64,000 nucleotides of DNA from Eledone cirrhosa (Eukaryota): NCBI GenBank assembly GCA_964016885.1, contig OZ024740.1, forward strand, positions 376,216,001 through 376,280,000, in the 5' to 3' direction. Positions 25,882 through 38,500 of this stretch are shown piece by piece. Both the position numbers and the translations under genes were made by a program. A model generated the notes under the pieces. The model worked only from the letters and a program-made list of their open reading frames with translations, was not told where the DNA came from and did not search any database. Within the stretch, counting starts at the first letter, position 1; the number at the start of each line of letters is the position of its first letter.

Positions 25882-27837
25882 TTACCTTACTTCTCGTAGG
25901 GGAGGGACGGCTTTTCCATCCTTTTCACTGCTTGTGGCCTCCTCAGGAAGGATGTCCTTATAAATCCTCCTGGAGAGTGCTTGTCGGAAGTCTCCGATGT
26001 CTTTGGGGAATTTTTGTTTTAGTGTCATGTACGTTTTCTGTGTGATGCGAGTGATTTGTATGTGTGGAGGTGGTGTGAATTTTGGGGTTGTTGTGTAGTC
26101 TTTTTCTGTGATGCTGGTGTTGTGTTGGATGTAGTGTAATAATTGCTTGTTGTTCAAATTTAATGCTGTGTAGTGTGTATCGTTTTGGTTGTTTTGTTTT
26201 GTTTGCGTTTGTTGTGGGTTTGTTTCTGTTTCGCATTTTGGTGACTTTTGTGGTGTAGGTGATGGTGGTGTTGGAGTTAATGATGGTGATGGTGTTGGTG
26301 TTTGGGTTGATGGGGTTGGTGATGCTGGTGTGGATGGTGGCATATCTGTCCTAACTTTTTTGTTTCTTAGTTTATTTGTTTCCCTCTGTGTTTTGTTTTT
26401 GGAGGGAGAAGGAAGAGAATTTTTTCTTTTTTGGTTTCTTTTTTTTTTCCGGATATCGTTTCCCACTCCTCGTCGTCACAATCTGTCTCCAGTTGTGATA
26501 GGCCGGGGAGTGGAAATTCCTCCACAGCCGTTTGTTTTGGTTGTGGTGTGGTGGATGGTGTAGGCGCTGGTGCTAGTTCTGAAGCGTTGGGTGGTGGTGG
26601 TGTTGGTTTTCCTGGTGGTGGTAGTGGTGTTGGTTTTGCTACTGTTGCTGGGGTTGTTGCTGTTATAGTTGCTTCTGTTGTTGCTGCTACAGTTGTTGCT
26701 GCCATCTCTGCTACTGGTGGTGTTGATGGTTGTGTCACTGGGGTGGGTAGGAGAGGTGGCCTCAACCTTTTAGCCTGAGGGCAGAAAGCCCTTAGGTGGG
26801 TTCCTTCACCACAAACGACACACCTAGGTCTTCTGCCCTCGACAATTACCGTGAGGTGGCTGCCGTCAGTGAGATCTCCTCAATGCTTTTTTGGTCCGCT
26901 TGGATCAGGAGCTCCATCCCAGATCCAGACCAGTTTTCTTGCTTTTCTTTTGCTACTGCTATTATTTTCGTGTTGGCTTCGATGCCGGCGAGGACAGCCG
27001 CTATTAGCCAGGGAATTTCGATGGCCGGTGGAACGTGGGTTACCCTGATCTTTACGAGTCTCTGGCCACAATAGCTTGGGACGAGTGTGAGGTCGTCACT
27101 TTTTAATGGGGCCATGGAGTGTTCTCTAGCCTCCTCTGGTGTTTCAAAGAACACATCCACGGTTCCATACTTTTGCCCACGTCTGATGTTGGTTTTTCTT
27201 GCCCACACATGTCCCAAAGCTTTTTGGATTTGGGACTCGGATGCCCGTTCCACTCGGCGCGATTTTACATTTATTGTTCTATACGACACGGTGCACAGGC
27301 GCCGATGCTCCATTTTATTAGGTGTGGGGGGGGGGGGGTGAGGCTGACCCTGTACCCATCTTTCTTTACCATTTGTTTGGCATTTTCTAAATCTTCTTGA
27401 GTTACCGTGAACGCTTCGAATTGTTTTGCTACGATGGCGAAACTGAGGGTCGGTTTTATAATGTCATTGTTGTTGTTGTTGCTATCGTTAATATTAATTT
27501 TATTTTCAGTTGTGGTGGTGGTGACGTCAGTCGTCTTTGGTGCGGAAGAGTCCATTTTGCTTGATTTCATTTCGACATCACGAGTTAATTTTTTTTTTTC
27601 TTCTTTTGTTTCTGTTGTCGCGGTGGTGGTGGTGGTGGTGGTGGAGACTTTAACACCTGCAGTCATTGGTAATGGCGGGAAATGAATGTCTGCCTGAGAC
27701 AAATTTAAAATATTGCTACTGCTTATATTTTTTTTTGTGTTGGCAAACGTAGTAACATTTACAATGGTGGTGTCGGTGTGAGGTGTTATTTTGTGAGGAA
27801 GGCTTTCAGCTGCTTCGTGCAGAGGTGAAGTAGCCAT
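25882..27837 (-). pseudogene. ORF1 (gag-like, CCHC zinc knuckle, Pro/Thr-rich) of Tx1 copy 4
   Basis: ATG at 27837; VEGRRPRCVVCGEGTHLRAFC (CX2CX4HX4C) at about 26785-26842; frameshifts include one at the G-run near 27330. Confidence 0.85.
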
Positions 27838-28045
27838 TTTTTTTCAAAGAAATTTTTTGATAATAATAAAAGTTAAGATTTTGGGCACAAGGCCCCAATC
27901 TTTTTGGGTGTCCTTTTCGGAAAACAATCTATGTGTGCTTATAAACAGTTAACAATAAAATTTTCCATAAATGGCAATTTTTAACAAACGGAAATAACAA
28001 ACTTTTGCGGAGCTCACGATGATACGATTTACTACGTAGGTCGCC

Positions 28046-28095
<50 letters not shown>
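28046..28095 (+). repeat. (AAT)n tract between the Tx1 copy 4 head and the Dong head
   Basis: Pure AAT repeat. Confidence 0.97.
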
Positions 28096-31000
28096 GGGAG
28101 AACGACCCCTCTAGTCTTGGTTGACACTCATTCTAGAAGTGGTAACACGAAATGATTACCCCTTGGCGGATAAGGATAAAACGGGACAAAATAAAGTAAA
28201 TGTCTAATGATAAAATCTCATACCGGATCGGCCGTCACCCGGGTAAAAAAGGGCCGCGTCCCTCAGAGAGGAACCAGACTGGGGTCGAAAAATCAGCTAA
28301 TGGTTCAAACCTGCCCATCACTTCGGAGCTGGAGACCTCGCATAACCGGAATACTCCTACTGTTGGCCCTCCATGCTCACCACCAAGAAATCCAAAGAAA
28401 AAGAGAGAAAAATGGTCAAGGGAAGATAATAAAGAAGTCCTTGAGGCTTTCTACACTGCCATGTACTACCCATCAAATACATCGAATACAGAACAGACAT
28501 ATATCCACTGGAAAAAGAAACATCCCGAAAACAGCGGCTATATTGACAGCAACAAACTAGCCAATATACGAAGAAATATTGTAAGAAAAAAGTTACTAAC
28601 TGATATAGAAATTGATCAGATCAAGCTATTAGCACAAAGTCAGCGAAGGGAAAATGAAACATGTGTCAGTGAAAACGAGGTAAACTGTAATACTTCGAAT
28701 CCCAGGGTTGGGGCGGAATCACTGGCAACAGAAAAAATTAAAGAAAGGATCGAAAAAGTGGAGGGAGTGCATGCTCAGGATGAAACTCCAAATGAAAATA
28801 ATGAGATCGTAAATGATAAAGAAATGAATGAGAATGAACTTGCCAACTTGAAGGATGAAATTATGATCGAATGGATGAAAATGAAAGAATCTGACATGGG
28901 GAAACGAGACACCCTCCCTAAGATCCAGAACTCCAAACAGAACCAAAAGATAATACACAAGACTAACATAATTCTCAAAAACATTATCATCACAAACAAA
29001 CTAAACATTACTGATTTAAATCATCTCTATTATGCATCGGCTAAAGTCACCACTCACTTATGTGGAGTGAAGATGAACAAACAAAGTAATTCCCACAAGA
29101 AATCTACTTGGCAAGAGAACATCAATCGCCAAATAAACCTTCTCCGATCTGACATAGAAATTTTAACAAACTATAAAGTGGATGAACATGTTAAACAAAC
29201 TAAACTTAGAAAATTGAAAAAAAAGTACAGTATAAAATCAACATGTGACATAGACATGCTGATAGAAATAATCAAGCAAAAAGTGTCGGCCAAAGCTGCT
29301 CGTATAAGGCGCTTTGAAAAACGATCTAGATTCTATAAGGACAATGATATGTTCAAAAACAACCAAAGAAACTTCTACAGAAAAAGTGGTAAGTCAACAA
29401 TAACTGCTAAATCAATACCACCCAAGGAGGAAGTGCAAGAATTCTGGGAAAAGATCTGGACCGAAGAAAAAGTTCATAACATACATGCCCCATGGATAGA
29501 CAGACAAATGAAAGATACAGTCACCTTGAGGAACAAACATGGGAAAATATAACAGTTGAACAGTTGCGCTTGGCTCTAAGAAAAACCAGCAAATGGAAAT
29601 CCCCAGGAAAAGACAAAATACAAAACTTTTGGATAAATGCCTTCACAGAGTCTCATGAGCTGTTAGCCCAACTTTACAATGAAATAGTTGAGGAGCCAGA
29701 AAAGATACCTTCATGGCTAGTTAACGGCATTATATTCCTGCTTCCGAAGAATGATGAGACAAACAATCCCAAAAATACAGACCGATAACTTGCTTGACCA
29801 CAATGTATAAAATTTTAACATCAGTCCTAACTGAATACACATATGACCACCTGATAACAAATGACCTATTTCCCATTGAGCAGAAAGGGTGTAAACGAGG
29901 CTCATATGGCTGTAAGGATCAGCTTCTGGTTAACAAAATGATACTGGAAGACTGTCATAATAGACACAAAAATCTATCGATTGCTTGGATAGATTATAAA
30001 AAAGCATTTGATAGTTTGCCACACAGTTGGATTGAAAAATGTTTAGAGATTTTCAAAGTATCCCCCGTTGTCAGGAGGTTTTTGTCATTCAGTATGAAGA
30101 CATGGAAAACGACACTCCTTTTGAATAGTGAAACAAAATCACTGGAAGCTGGAGAAGTTAATATTAAGTGTGGAATTTTTCAGGGTGACTCTTTATCACC
30201 GCTTTTATTCTGCATCGCACTTATACCATTAAGTAAAATGCTCAATGAAACAAAACATGGATATAAAGTCTATGACAAAACCATTAATCACCTGTTCTAC
30301 ATGGATGACCTGAAACTATTTGCAAAAAATGATGAACAATTGCAAAGGCTATTATCCACTGTGAAGCAGTTCAGTGATGACATTAAAATGGAGTTTGGAC
30401 TAGATAAATGCGCCAAAGCAACGTTCACCAGAGGAAAGCTGCTGAAGAGTTCAGACATTAATCTTGATCGGGGGAACGTGATAAGAGAACTTGATCAAGA
30501 AAAAACTTACAAATATCTAGGTGTTTGTGAAGGAGACGGAATCAAGCACTCGACAATGAGGGAAAGGATAAGGAAGGAATGTTACCGCAGAGTGAGGGCA
30601 ATCTTAAAAACGGAATTGAATGCAAGGAATAGGATCGATGCCATAAACACGCTTGCCATACCAGTAGTAACCTACAGTTACAATGTCATCAACTGGTCAA
30701 GCACAGAGATCCGTAGGCTCGATACAAAAATTCGAAAATTCTTAACCATGCACAGAATGCATCACCCTAAAGCAGATATAGATAGAATATATCTCCCTAG
30801 GAAAGAAAGAGGACGTGGGTTAATCCAGTTAGACATTGCGTTGAAAACTGCAACAATTGGATTATCTACATATCTAAGGGAATCACATGATTGGATGATC
30901 AAACTCGTTTTGAAACACGAAAGCATCAAAAGATCATATTCCATTACAAAAGATGCACAAAGATACAGTAATGGACTACAAATTTCAGAAGTCCCATTTA

Positions 31001-31992
31001 CTGCTGAAATGGAAAACACAGAAAAAGCAAAGCAGGTAAAAGTAACTGCAAAGAAAGAACTGCTACAGAAACGGGCTAAGAAATGGCAAGAAAAGCCTCT
31101 GTATGGAAAATACCCAGAGCGAGCTAACAATCCTGATGTTGACAAAACTTTAACCCATCAGTGGTTGGCATCCTCTGGACTGAAATCGGAGACTGAAGGA
31201 CTGATTATATCGGCACAAGATCAGTGTCTGCCAACAAAAAATTACCAAGCCAACATAATAAAAAATGGGTGCAGCCCATTATGCCGTGTATGCAAAAAAC
31301 AACCAGAGACCATTGACCATATAATTTCAATGTGCAGTCCTATAGCTCCAACCGAATACCTAAACAGGCATGACAGAGCTGCACAATACATACATTGGAT
31401 AATGTGTAAGCATTTTGACCTGCCCCATCAAAAGAATTGGTGGGAGCATCAACCACCTCCCATACTTGAAAAAGATCACATCTCAATCTTGTGGAACTTT
31501 AGCATCCAAACAGACCGAAAAATAGATGCAAACAGACCTGATATAATATTGAAAGACTTTCAAAAGAGGGTATGGCTGCTAATTGATATGTCTGTTCCAA
31601 TAGACAAGAATGTATCTATAAAAACATTTGAAAAATTGAGCAAGTATAAGGACCTGGAGATAGAAATTGGAAAAATGTGGAAATTGAGAACTAAAACAAT
31701 ACCAGTGGTTGTAGGCGCTCTGGGAATGATACCTAAGGGGTCTAATGATTACATATCGCAAATCCCAGGAAAACCGCGTATAGGAGAAATACAAAAGATA
31801 GTACTAATGGGAACTGCCCATATACTAAGGAAGATTCTGTCAATATAAGTACATCACAAGTCTAAACACTAAAGATGCATGTGTGAATATGTATGTTCTT
31901 TCTTGAACATGGCGGACCTTGTTGTCTCTTGAGGTCACTGGTTGTGACTTGGTGATAACTCGTATGAACATAAAGCAAGATAAATGCAACTG
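28096..31992 (+). mobile_element. R4/Dong-clade non-LTR retrotransposon 1, full length, in (TAA)n
   Basis: Single long RT-RLE ORF; (TAA)n at both ends (28046-28095 and 31993-32011). Confidence 0.92.
28200..31848 (+). pseudogene. RT plus restriction-like endonuclease of Dong 1 (two frameshifts, near 29510 and 29775)
   Basis: WKSPGKD, EQKGC, WIDYKKAFDS, GIFQGDSLSP, YMDD, CRVC..ETIDHIISMC, RHD, RPDI..D, EKLSKY. Confidence 0.93.
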
Positions 31993-32011
31993 TAATAATA
32001 ATAATAATAAT

Positions 32012-34599
32012 GTTTTCTTTATTAACCACACGGGTTTACATAAAGTAGACATTAAGGACAGTACAGGACAATACAGGACGGTACAAATGGGCATTTCTGC
32101 GTGTAAAAAAAACAGAGGATGAAATAAAATAACAAAGAAAAATTCCCCAATAGAGGGGAGACTTCCGAGGGACATTTGTGGAGAAAGCCCATTAAAAGAC
32201 CACAGTGACCCTGACCACCAGGGCAAGTGTCCTCTCCCAGTTTCCCACCCTTAATTTACAGACACATACTCAGAGAAGGCCCATTCATTCGGGCCATACT
32301 TGCTTCCCTCACCCATCTTTCAACAAAATGCTGCTACCCTGATTTTTCTTTTCAAATGAAATTCGAAAAAGTTTATCAGGGCATCACCGAAGAGGTAAGT
32401 GCTCGTCTTCAGCCCTTTCAAACGTGTCCACCATACTATCTCTTTCGCCATGGCCACCAGACAGATAAAAACTGCCTGCCCTTCCCGGCTAAAGGAAGAG
32501 GGCGGGGCAATCCTCACGATGGACTCAGCTGATAGCTGGATCCGTCCTACACGTGACAGCAGGTGTTCGACATAAACCCACAAGTCAGCAATGCTCGGAC
32601 ACTGGACGAGTGCGTGCAGGACGGTTTCGTCGCCCTGCGCGCATCTCGGACATGCCCGGCTGGAGGCACCTCCATGCCTGTAGAGTTTATCCCAAACTGG
32701 CAAGGCTCCTCGGTAGCACTGCCAGGCCAGGGATTTCTGGAAGTTGTCCATAGGCCCCGGCCCGAAAGTTCTTCCGAAGAGATTGGCTAGTTGATTTTCG
32801 TCGACGCCTAGAGTTTCCCCAAGTACGTCGTCGCTCTTCCCCTCCACTAATCCTCTATAGAACGCCGAGGTGGAGTTTCCACCGATCACATTGCCCGATT
32901 GGTCGAGGGCTGTGAGCGCCTGAAGACATTCCAGTCTCCAAGCGCCCCCTCTCGGTCTTCGCTTGCCCAGGACTGCAGCCCGTCAAGGAAACGAGCTGGG
33001 GAAAGACGTGTCTAGCAAACGGCGACTACACCTGATCACCGTCGAGGAAGAGGTAGAGACGTCGTAGCCTGAGCGCGTGTCTGCGCATCATCAGCCACGG
33101 CATGCCAAGCCCTCCACGTAGCGGGTGTTGACAAGGCGGGGCTTAGGACAAGGTACGACGGTCAGGCGGTAGCAGATGACAGACGCAAAGTACGCGTTAG
33201 CCACATCCGCTCGACCTTTCAGGGATAGCTTACTCTCCGCCCATTTCTGGGTGAGAGAAGCCACCCTGCTCGTTACCTCGTCCCTGTTTTTGTCCGTCTG
33301 GACATCCGGACCGAACCAGACCCCTAGCAATTTAACCGGTCCGTCCGTCCAGCGTCCGACGACGCTGTTGGACGCCATGGACCTGCCTCTCCAGGTGTCG
33401 AGCTGCAGGCCCACTGACTTTTCCTGGTTGATCATTGCTCCTGTCACCTCTTCGTATTCTCTTAGTGTAGTGCAGATCGGCTCAATGTGTTTGGCGTTCG
33501 AGACGACTACGGTGACATCGTCCGCATATGCTGACACGGATCTTCCGCATCCTAGTTCGCGCGGGAGGCCGCTCAACGTCTCCAGTTTGTGCAGTAATGG
33601 CTCGAGAGTCAATACGTACAAGAGGGACGAGAGGGGACATCCTTGGCGGACCGAGCGCATGATGTTGAACGGTTCCGAAAGGTGACCGTTCACTCTCACC
33701 ACAGAGCAGATGTCGCTGTGCATGGCAGCGATGCAGCCTCTGGAGATGGGCCCAAATCCAGCCGCCCTCAGGACTGCCGCTAGGTAACGATGGTCGGCCC
33801 TATCGAAAGCTTTCGACTGATCTAAATTGATCAAGGACCCACCCGTGCCAGGTTCCCTAGCTACCCTTTCTACGATGTATCGCATGAGGTGGAGGTTGTC
33901 GTGGATGGATCTGTCGGGAATGACGCACGTCTGCGCCTCTCCCACCAGACCACCAACGACAAGCCCCAACCTCTTTGCTAGCACCTTGGCCAAAATCTTG
34001 AGCTCTGTGTTTAGCAGAGTTATGGGCCTAAAATTATTTATGTTATCCCCCTTGTTCGGAACCTTTCTCAGCAGCGCCACCGCTCCTCGGATCACAGAGC
34101 TAGGAATTCTCCCGTTCTGTTGCCAGTTGCAGTAGACGTCCGCCAAGAGGCCTCCGAACAAGTCTGGCATCTGTACGTAAAGTTCATAGGGCAGACCTTC
34201 CAAACCAGGCGATTTACCCCTTGTGCAGCTAGTCATTGCCTCCCGTACTTCAGCGGCTGTTATCGGCTTTTCGCAACACTCCTCCTCAGTGGCCGAGAGC
34301 CGCGGCAGTCCGTTGAGGTAGACACTAAAGTCCAACCCTCGATCCGGCCCACCGCTGCCTCCGAACAGTTGAGCGAAGTGTCGCTGAAAAGCTTCACACA
34401 TTTGCCCGAGATCGAGTAGCATGCGCCCGTCGTGGTCCACCAAAGACCGGATCGTGGCTTTGTTGCCACGACGCGCCTCCGCCACTCGAGCCCATTGAAC
34501 GGCTTTCGTCCCCTCGTGTCTGAGAGCACGCACCCTAGCTCTGACAACGCAGCCTTCGTGCTTTGCATTGAAGAATTGGTCAAGGGCCAATTTCGCCCC
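32012..34599 (-). mobile_element. Tx1/L1-clade LINE copy 5, 5'-truncated, same subfamily as copy 4
   Basis: Closely similar to 22204-24864, with small internal deletions near 32335 and 33133; (AAT)n on both sides. Confidence 0.95.
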
Positions 34600-34665
<66 letters not shown>

Positions 34666-34686
34666 AAGAAGAAGAAGAAGAAGAAA
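34600..34686 (+). repeat. Compound (AAT)n(GAA)n microsatellite
   Basis: Direct reading. Confidence 0.95.
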
Positions 34687-35519
34687 AAAAAAGAATAGGT
34701 AAGAAAACGCACACGGTGGAGATATATCGTTATGGAATCGCTCCCTAAGTTTTTGATTTTTTCTTATTTAAAACAACTGTGATAGAATAATTCTTATTAC
34801 AGATGAAATATAAGATTACAGTTTTTTACCCTCAGCAGGCGACAACACATCACATTACGGCATAGGACACCAATATTTAATATTTAATTTTGGATCAGAA
34901 ATGTTATAGTCGAAAAAGAGAAAAATGACTAAGTGAACAGACAGGCAAATAATTTCACCACCAACACCACCACCACCACCATTACCACTACCACGCCAAA
35001 AACTCTAGTGAAGTTACCTCAACTTCTATTTCTACTTCAACTTCAACATCATCACTACAGTACTACGATCACATCACCACCACCACTGCCTCATTATCGC
35101 TACCGCCGCTATTCTCTCCCACTACGTCCTGCTAAGTACTACTAGCACATCACCACCACCACCACTGCCTCATTATGGCTACCACCGCTTTTCTCTCCCA
35201 CTACCTCCTGCTAAGACAGGCATCATAGTATTCCCACTAAATAAGGGAGGCATCAAAAGATATAAATAGACTGATTTATTGACCCGGTCAAAAAATCAAA
35301 AAAATCAAAAATAAAAATAAAAACAGCACAGCAGCAACAAAAAACGTAAAGAAAAGAAAAAAAAAGAAAAGATAAACAAACAGACAGACAAGCAAACAAA
35401 CTAAGTCAGACATTCAAACATTACATTACAATGAAACTTATGCTTATTTTTTGGGGTTTTTACCTATTTGTTTGTTTGTTTATCTTAGCTGTTGTTTCTT
35501 TTTACTTTTTCCTGTCTAC

Positions 35520-38500
35520 AGTGTGATTGTGCCACGCTAAAATCACCGAGGGTGATCAAATCACCGGAGGTGATGAAATCACCGGTGGTTATGTAACCAT
35601 ACATTCACCAATCCTCGATAAGAGTGTTCCAATGTCGATCCTAAACAGTTCGAATAACGGTGAAGTGGAGACTGGAATGTCATGTGACAGACTCTCACCC
35701 AGCAGGTGCTCCCTGGCTCAGCAGCAGGGACCTGGCTGTCAACCAAATACTGCTGGTGTCGGAGGAGAAGAAGGAAAGGGACCAGAACCAACTGGACGAA
35801 AGAATTGAATAGAACTGTTATGCAATGTTACCTGAAGAGTAACCCCAAGGAGAAAGGCTATAGGAAACGGATGCATAACATCTGGAAGGAGATTGGTCTC
35901 TTTAAATTGATGAACAACAATTGGCCGGCAGGCTCGGGTAATAAGAACTAATGGGTGGATAAGCGAGCTGGAATTGGAGGAACTGAGCAGAGAGATTAGG
36001 TTGGAAATGGAGAGTGGAGTATGCCAGGCAAACGAGCCAGTGGGAAATGAAGGTGAAGAGGTTGAGAGAACGGAGGAACCTTCCGAAGCAGACAATGATC
36101 TGAATGCTGAAACAAATAATACCTAGAACAGAGATACGGCCATTGAGGAGATGAATGCTGACGGGCTAGGACAAGATTTGTTTGATATCCTAAACTTAGT
36201 GGTAGATGAAATGAACAATAATAGTGGGAAAACTATGAACCTAAGATTTGTAGACAGGAAAAAGTTAAAAGAAACAACAGCTAAGATAAACAAAATCACC
36301 CCATACCTTGAGGCGAGGAGCCTTCACCAGTGCAACAATATCCTCAAAGCAACAGCAAATGCGGTGAGGAAATTACTTGGCATAAAAGCGAGAGGAAACA
36401 ACAGACAAGAAAGATCAGAACCTTGGTGGAAGAAACGACTGGATGGTAAAATCAGGGAAATGAGAAATGACATTGGAAAGCTTGAGTCCCTATTGAAGGG
36501 GACACTAAAAAACATAGACACTAAAAATATACTGGTAATAAAGTACAAAACTCTGAGGAAAAGGCTAAATATTATCATAGAGGAACTGAAGCAACGCATT
36601 GTAGCAAAGAGTGCAAAAATTAGGCGATACGAGAACAGAGTCAGTCAGTATGGACAGAACCGCATGTTTGACAACAACCAGAGGATGGTGTTTGGACAGC
36701 TTGAAGGGATTGAAAGACGCAACGACTTGATCCCTGAGGCGGAACAAACTAAGACATTCTGGAGAGGAATATGGGAGCAGGATGTTAAACATAATGACCA
36801 GGCAGTGTAGATTGAGACAGTACAAAAGGAGATTAGTGAACAGGCACACCAACAAACTGATTTGAGTATCACAGTTGAAACTCTTAAGGGGCAGGCCAAA
36901 AAACTAACCAACTGGAAAGCACCAGGCCCAGACGGTGTGCAGGGGTATTGGATTAAAAATATAACATCCCCCCACCCGAAACTGACAACCATGTTCAATG
37001 ACCGCTTGATGTCAGGTGAGGTACCAGAGTGGTTGACAAAAGGTACCACTGTTCTGATAATGAAAGACCGAATCAAGGGTAATGATGTTACCAACTATAG
37101 ACCTATCACATGTCTGTCCGTAATGTGGAAACTGTTGGCAAGCATTGTGTCTAAGGAAATCTACCATCACCTCCACATAAACAACTTGTTACCGGACGAA
37201 CAGAAAGGATGCCGAGAGAAGCCCCGTGCTACAAAGGACCAGTTACTTATTGATAAGATGCTAATGAGGAATTGCAAGAGGAGGCACACTGGTCTTGCCA
37301 TGGGATGGATAGATTACAAAAAGGCATTTGACATGGTGCCTCATTCTTGGATCACCAAAAGCCTAGAGATCTTCAAGGTGGCAGATCACATCAGACAGTT
37401 GTTGAGCAAAAGTATGAAGTCCTGGAAAACAGAGTTAACATCAGCTGGAGAATCCTTGGGAGGCGTGAAGATCAAGAGATGTATCTTCCAGGGAGATAGT
37501 CTGTCCCCTCTGTTGTTTGTCCTTGCCCTGATGACCCTGACCATTATACTGCAAAAGGTGAGAGCAGTATACAAGTTGGGAAAGGGAGAGCTTACCATCA
37601 ATCACCTCCTCTTCATGGACGATCTTAAGCTTTTCGGGAGGAGTGAGAAGGAGTTGGATGTGCTTGTTGACACTGTCGGTATTTTCAGCAATGATATATG
37701 TATGCAATTTGGTATTAGTAACTGTGGAATCCTTGTGATGAAGTGGGGTAAATTGAGCAGAATCAACGGAATCCAGGTACCAACAGGTGAGATGATAAAG
37801 GAAATTTACACTGAAGAAGGATACAAGTATTTGGGTGTTCTGGAGGCTGATGACATCAATAACAAAAAATGAAGGAATTGATAAGATCTGAATACATTCG
37901 GAGAGTAAGGAGCGTATTAAAGTCACATCTGAACAGTAGAAATGCCATAAGTGCAGTAAATTCCCGAGCTGTGTCTATTATTAGGTACAGTGCGGGAATT
38001 CTGAGATGGAATGTTGCTGAACAAAAAGAAATGACTAGGAAGCTATTGACTATCTACAACATGTTCCACAAGAGGAGTGATGTCGATAGACTCTACTTAA
38101 GGAGATCTGAAGGTGGAAGAGGTCTTATCAGCATAGAGGACTGTGTTCAGATGGAGAAAAACAACCTACACAAATACGTGACTGATAGTAAGGAGCCAAT
38201 GTTCAGAATTGTACTGAAGGAGAGGACGATAGACCAGGGGATGTCCAAGGAGTAAATAACAACAAGGAGAAAGAGCAGCCTTCATTAAAAATCCCTTCAT
38301 AGTACCTTCTTTGAGAAAACTTAATTCAGAGACCCACAGACATGGAACTGGTTGAAAAGATGTGACCTTAAAAAGGCTACAGAAGGAATGTTAATGGCTG
38401 CGCAAGAGCAGGCCCTCAAAACGAAGTCGCTGAAACACCATATTTACAAGGAGGGGGCTAGCCCACTGTGCAGGATATGTGGAGAGAGAGAGAGGAGACT

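Larger units (their letters stand above)
22204..28045 (-). mobile_element. Tx1/L1-clade LINE copy 4, full length (about 5.8 kb), youngest copy
   Basis: 5' UTR, ORF1, ORF2 and 3' UTR with AATAAA followed by (ATT)n; only a few disabling changes. Confidence 0.95.

Noticed and set aside
28096-28170. Ribozyme at the Dong 1 5' end (TCATT-CTAGAA-GTG GTAA CAC-GAAATGA)
   Set aside because: A hairpin plus GAAA is present, but there is no CUGANGA and I could not build an HDV-like double pseudoknot by eye.
8185-34698. Many plus-strand ORFs overlapping the Tx1 copies (e.g. 23462-23971, 33176-33685)
   Set aside because: They are antisense shadows of GC-rich ORF2 and recur only because the elements are repeated.
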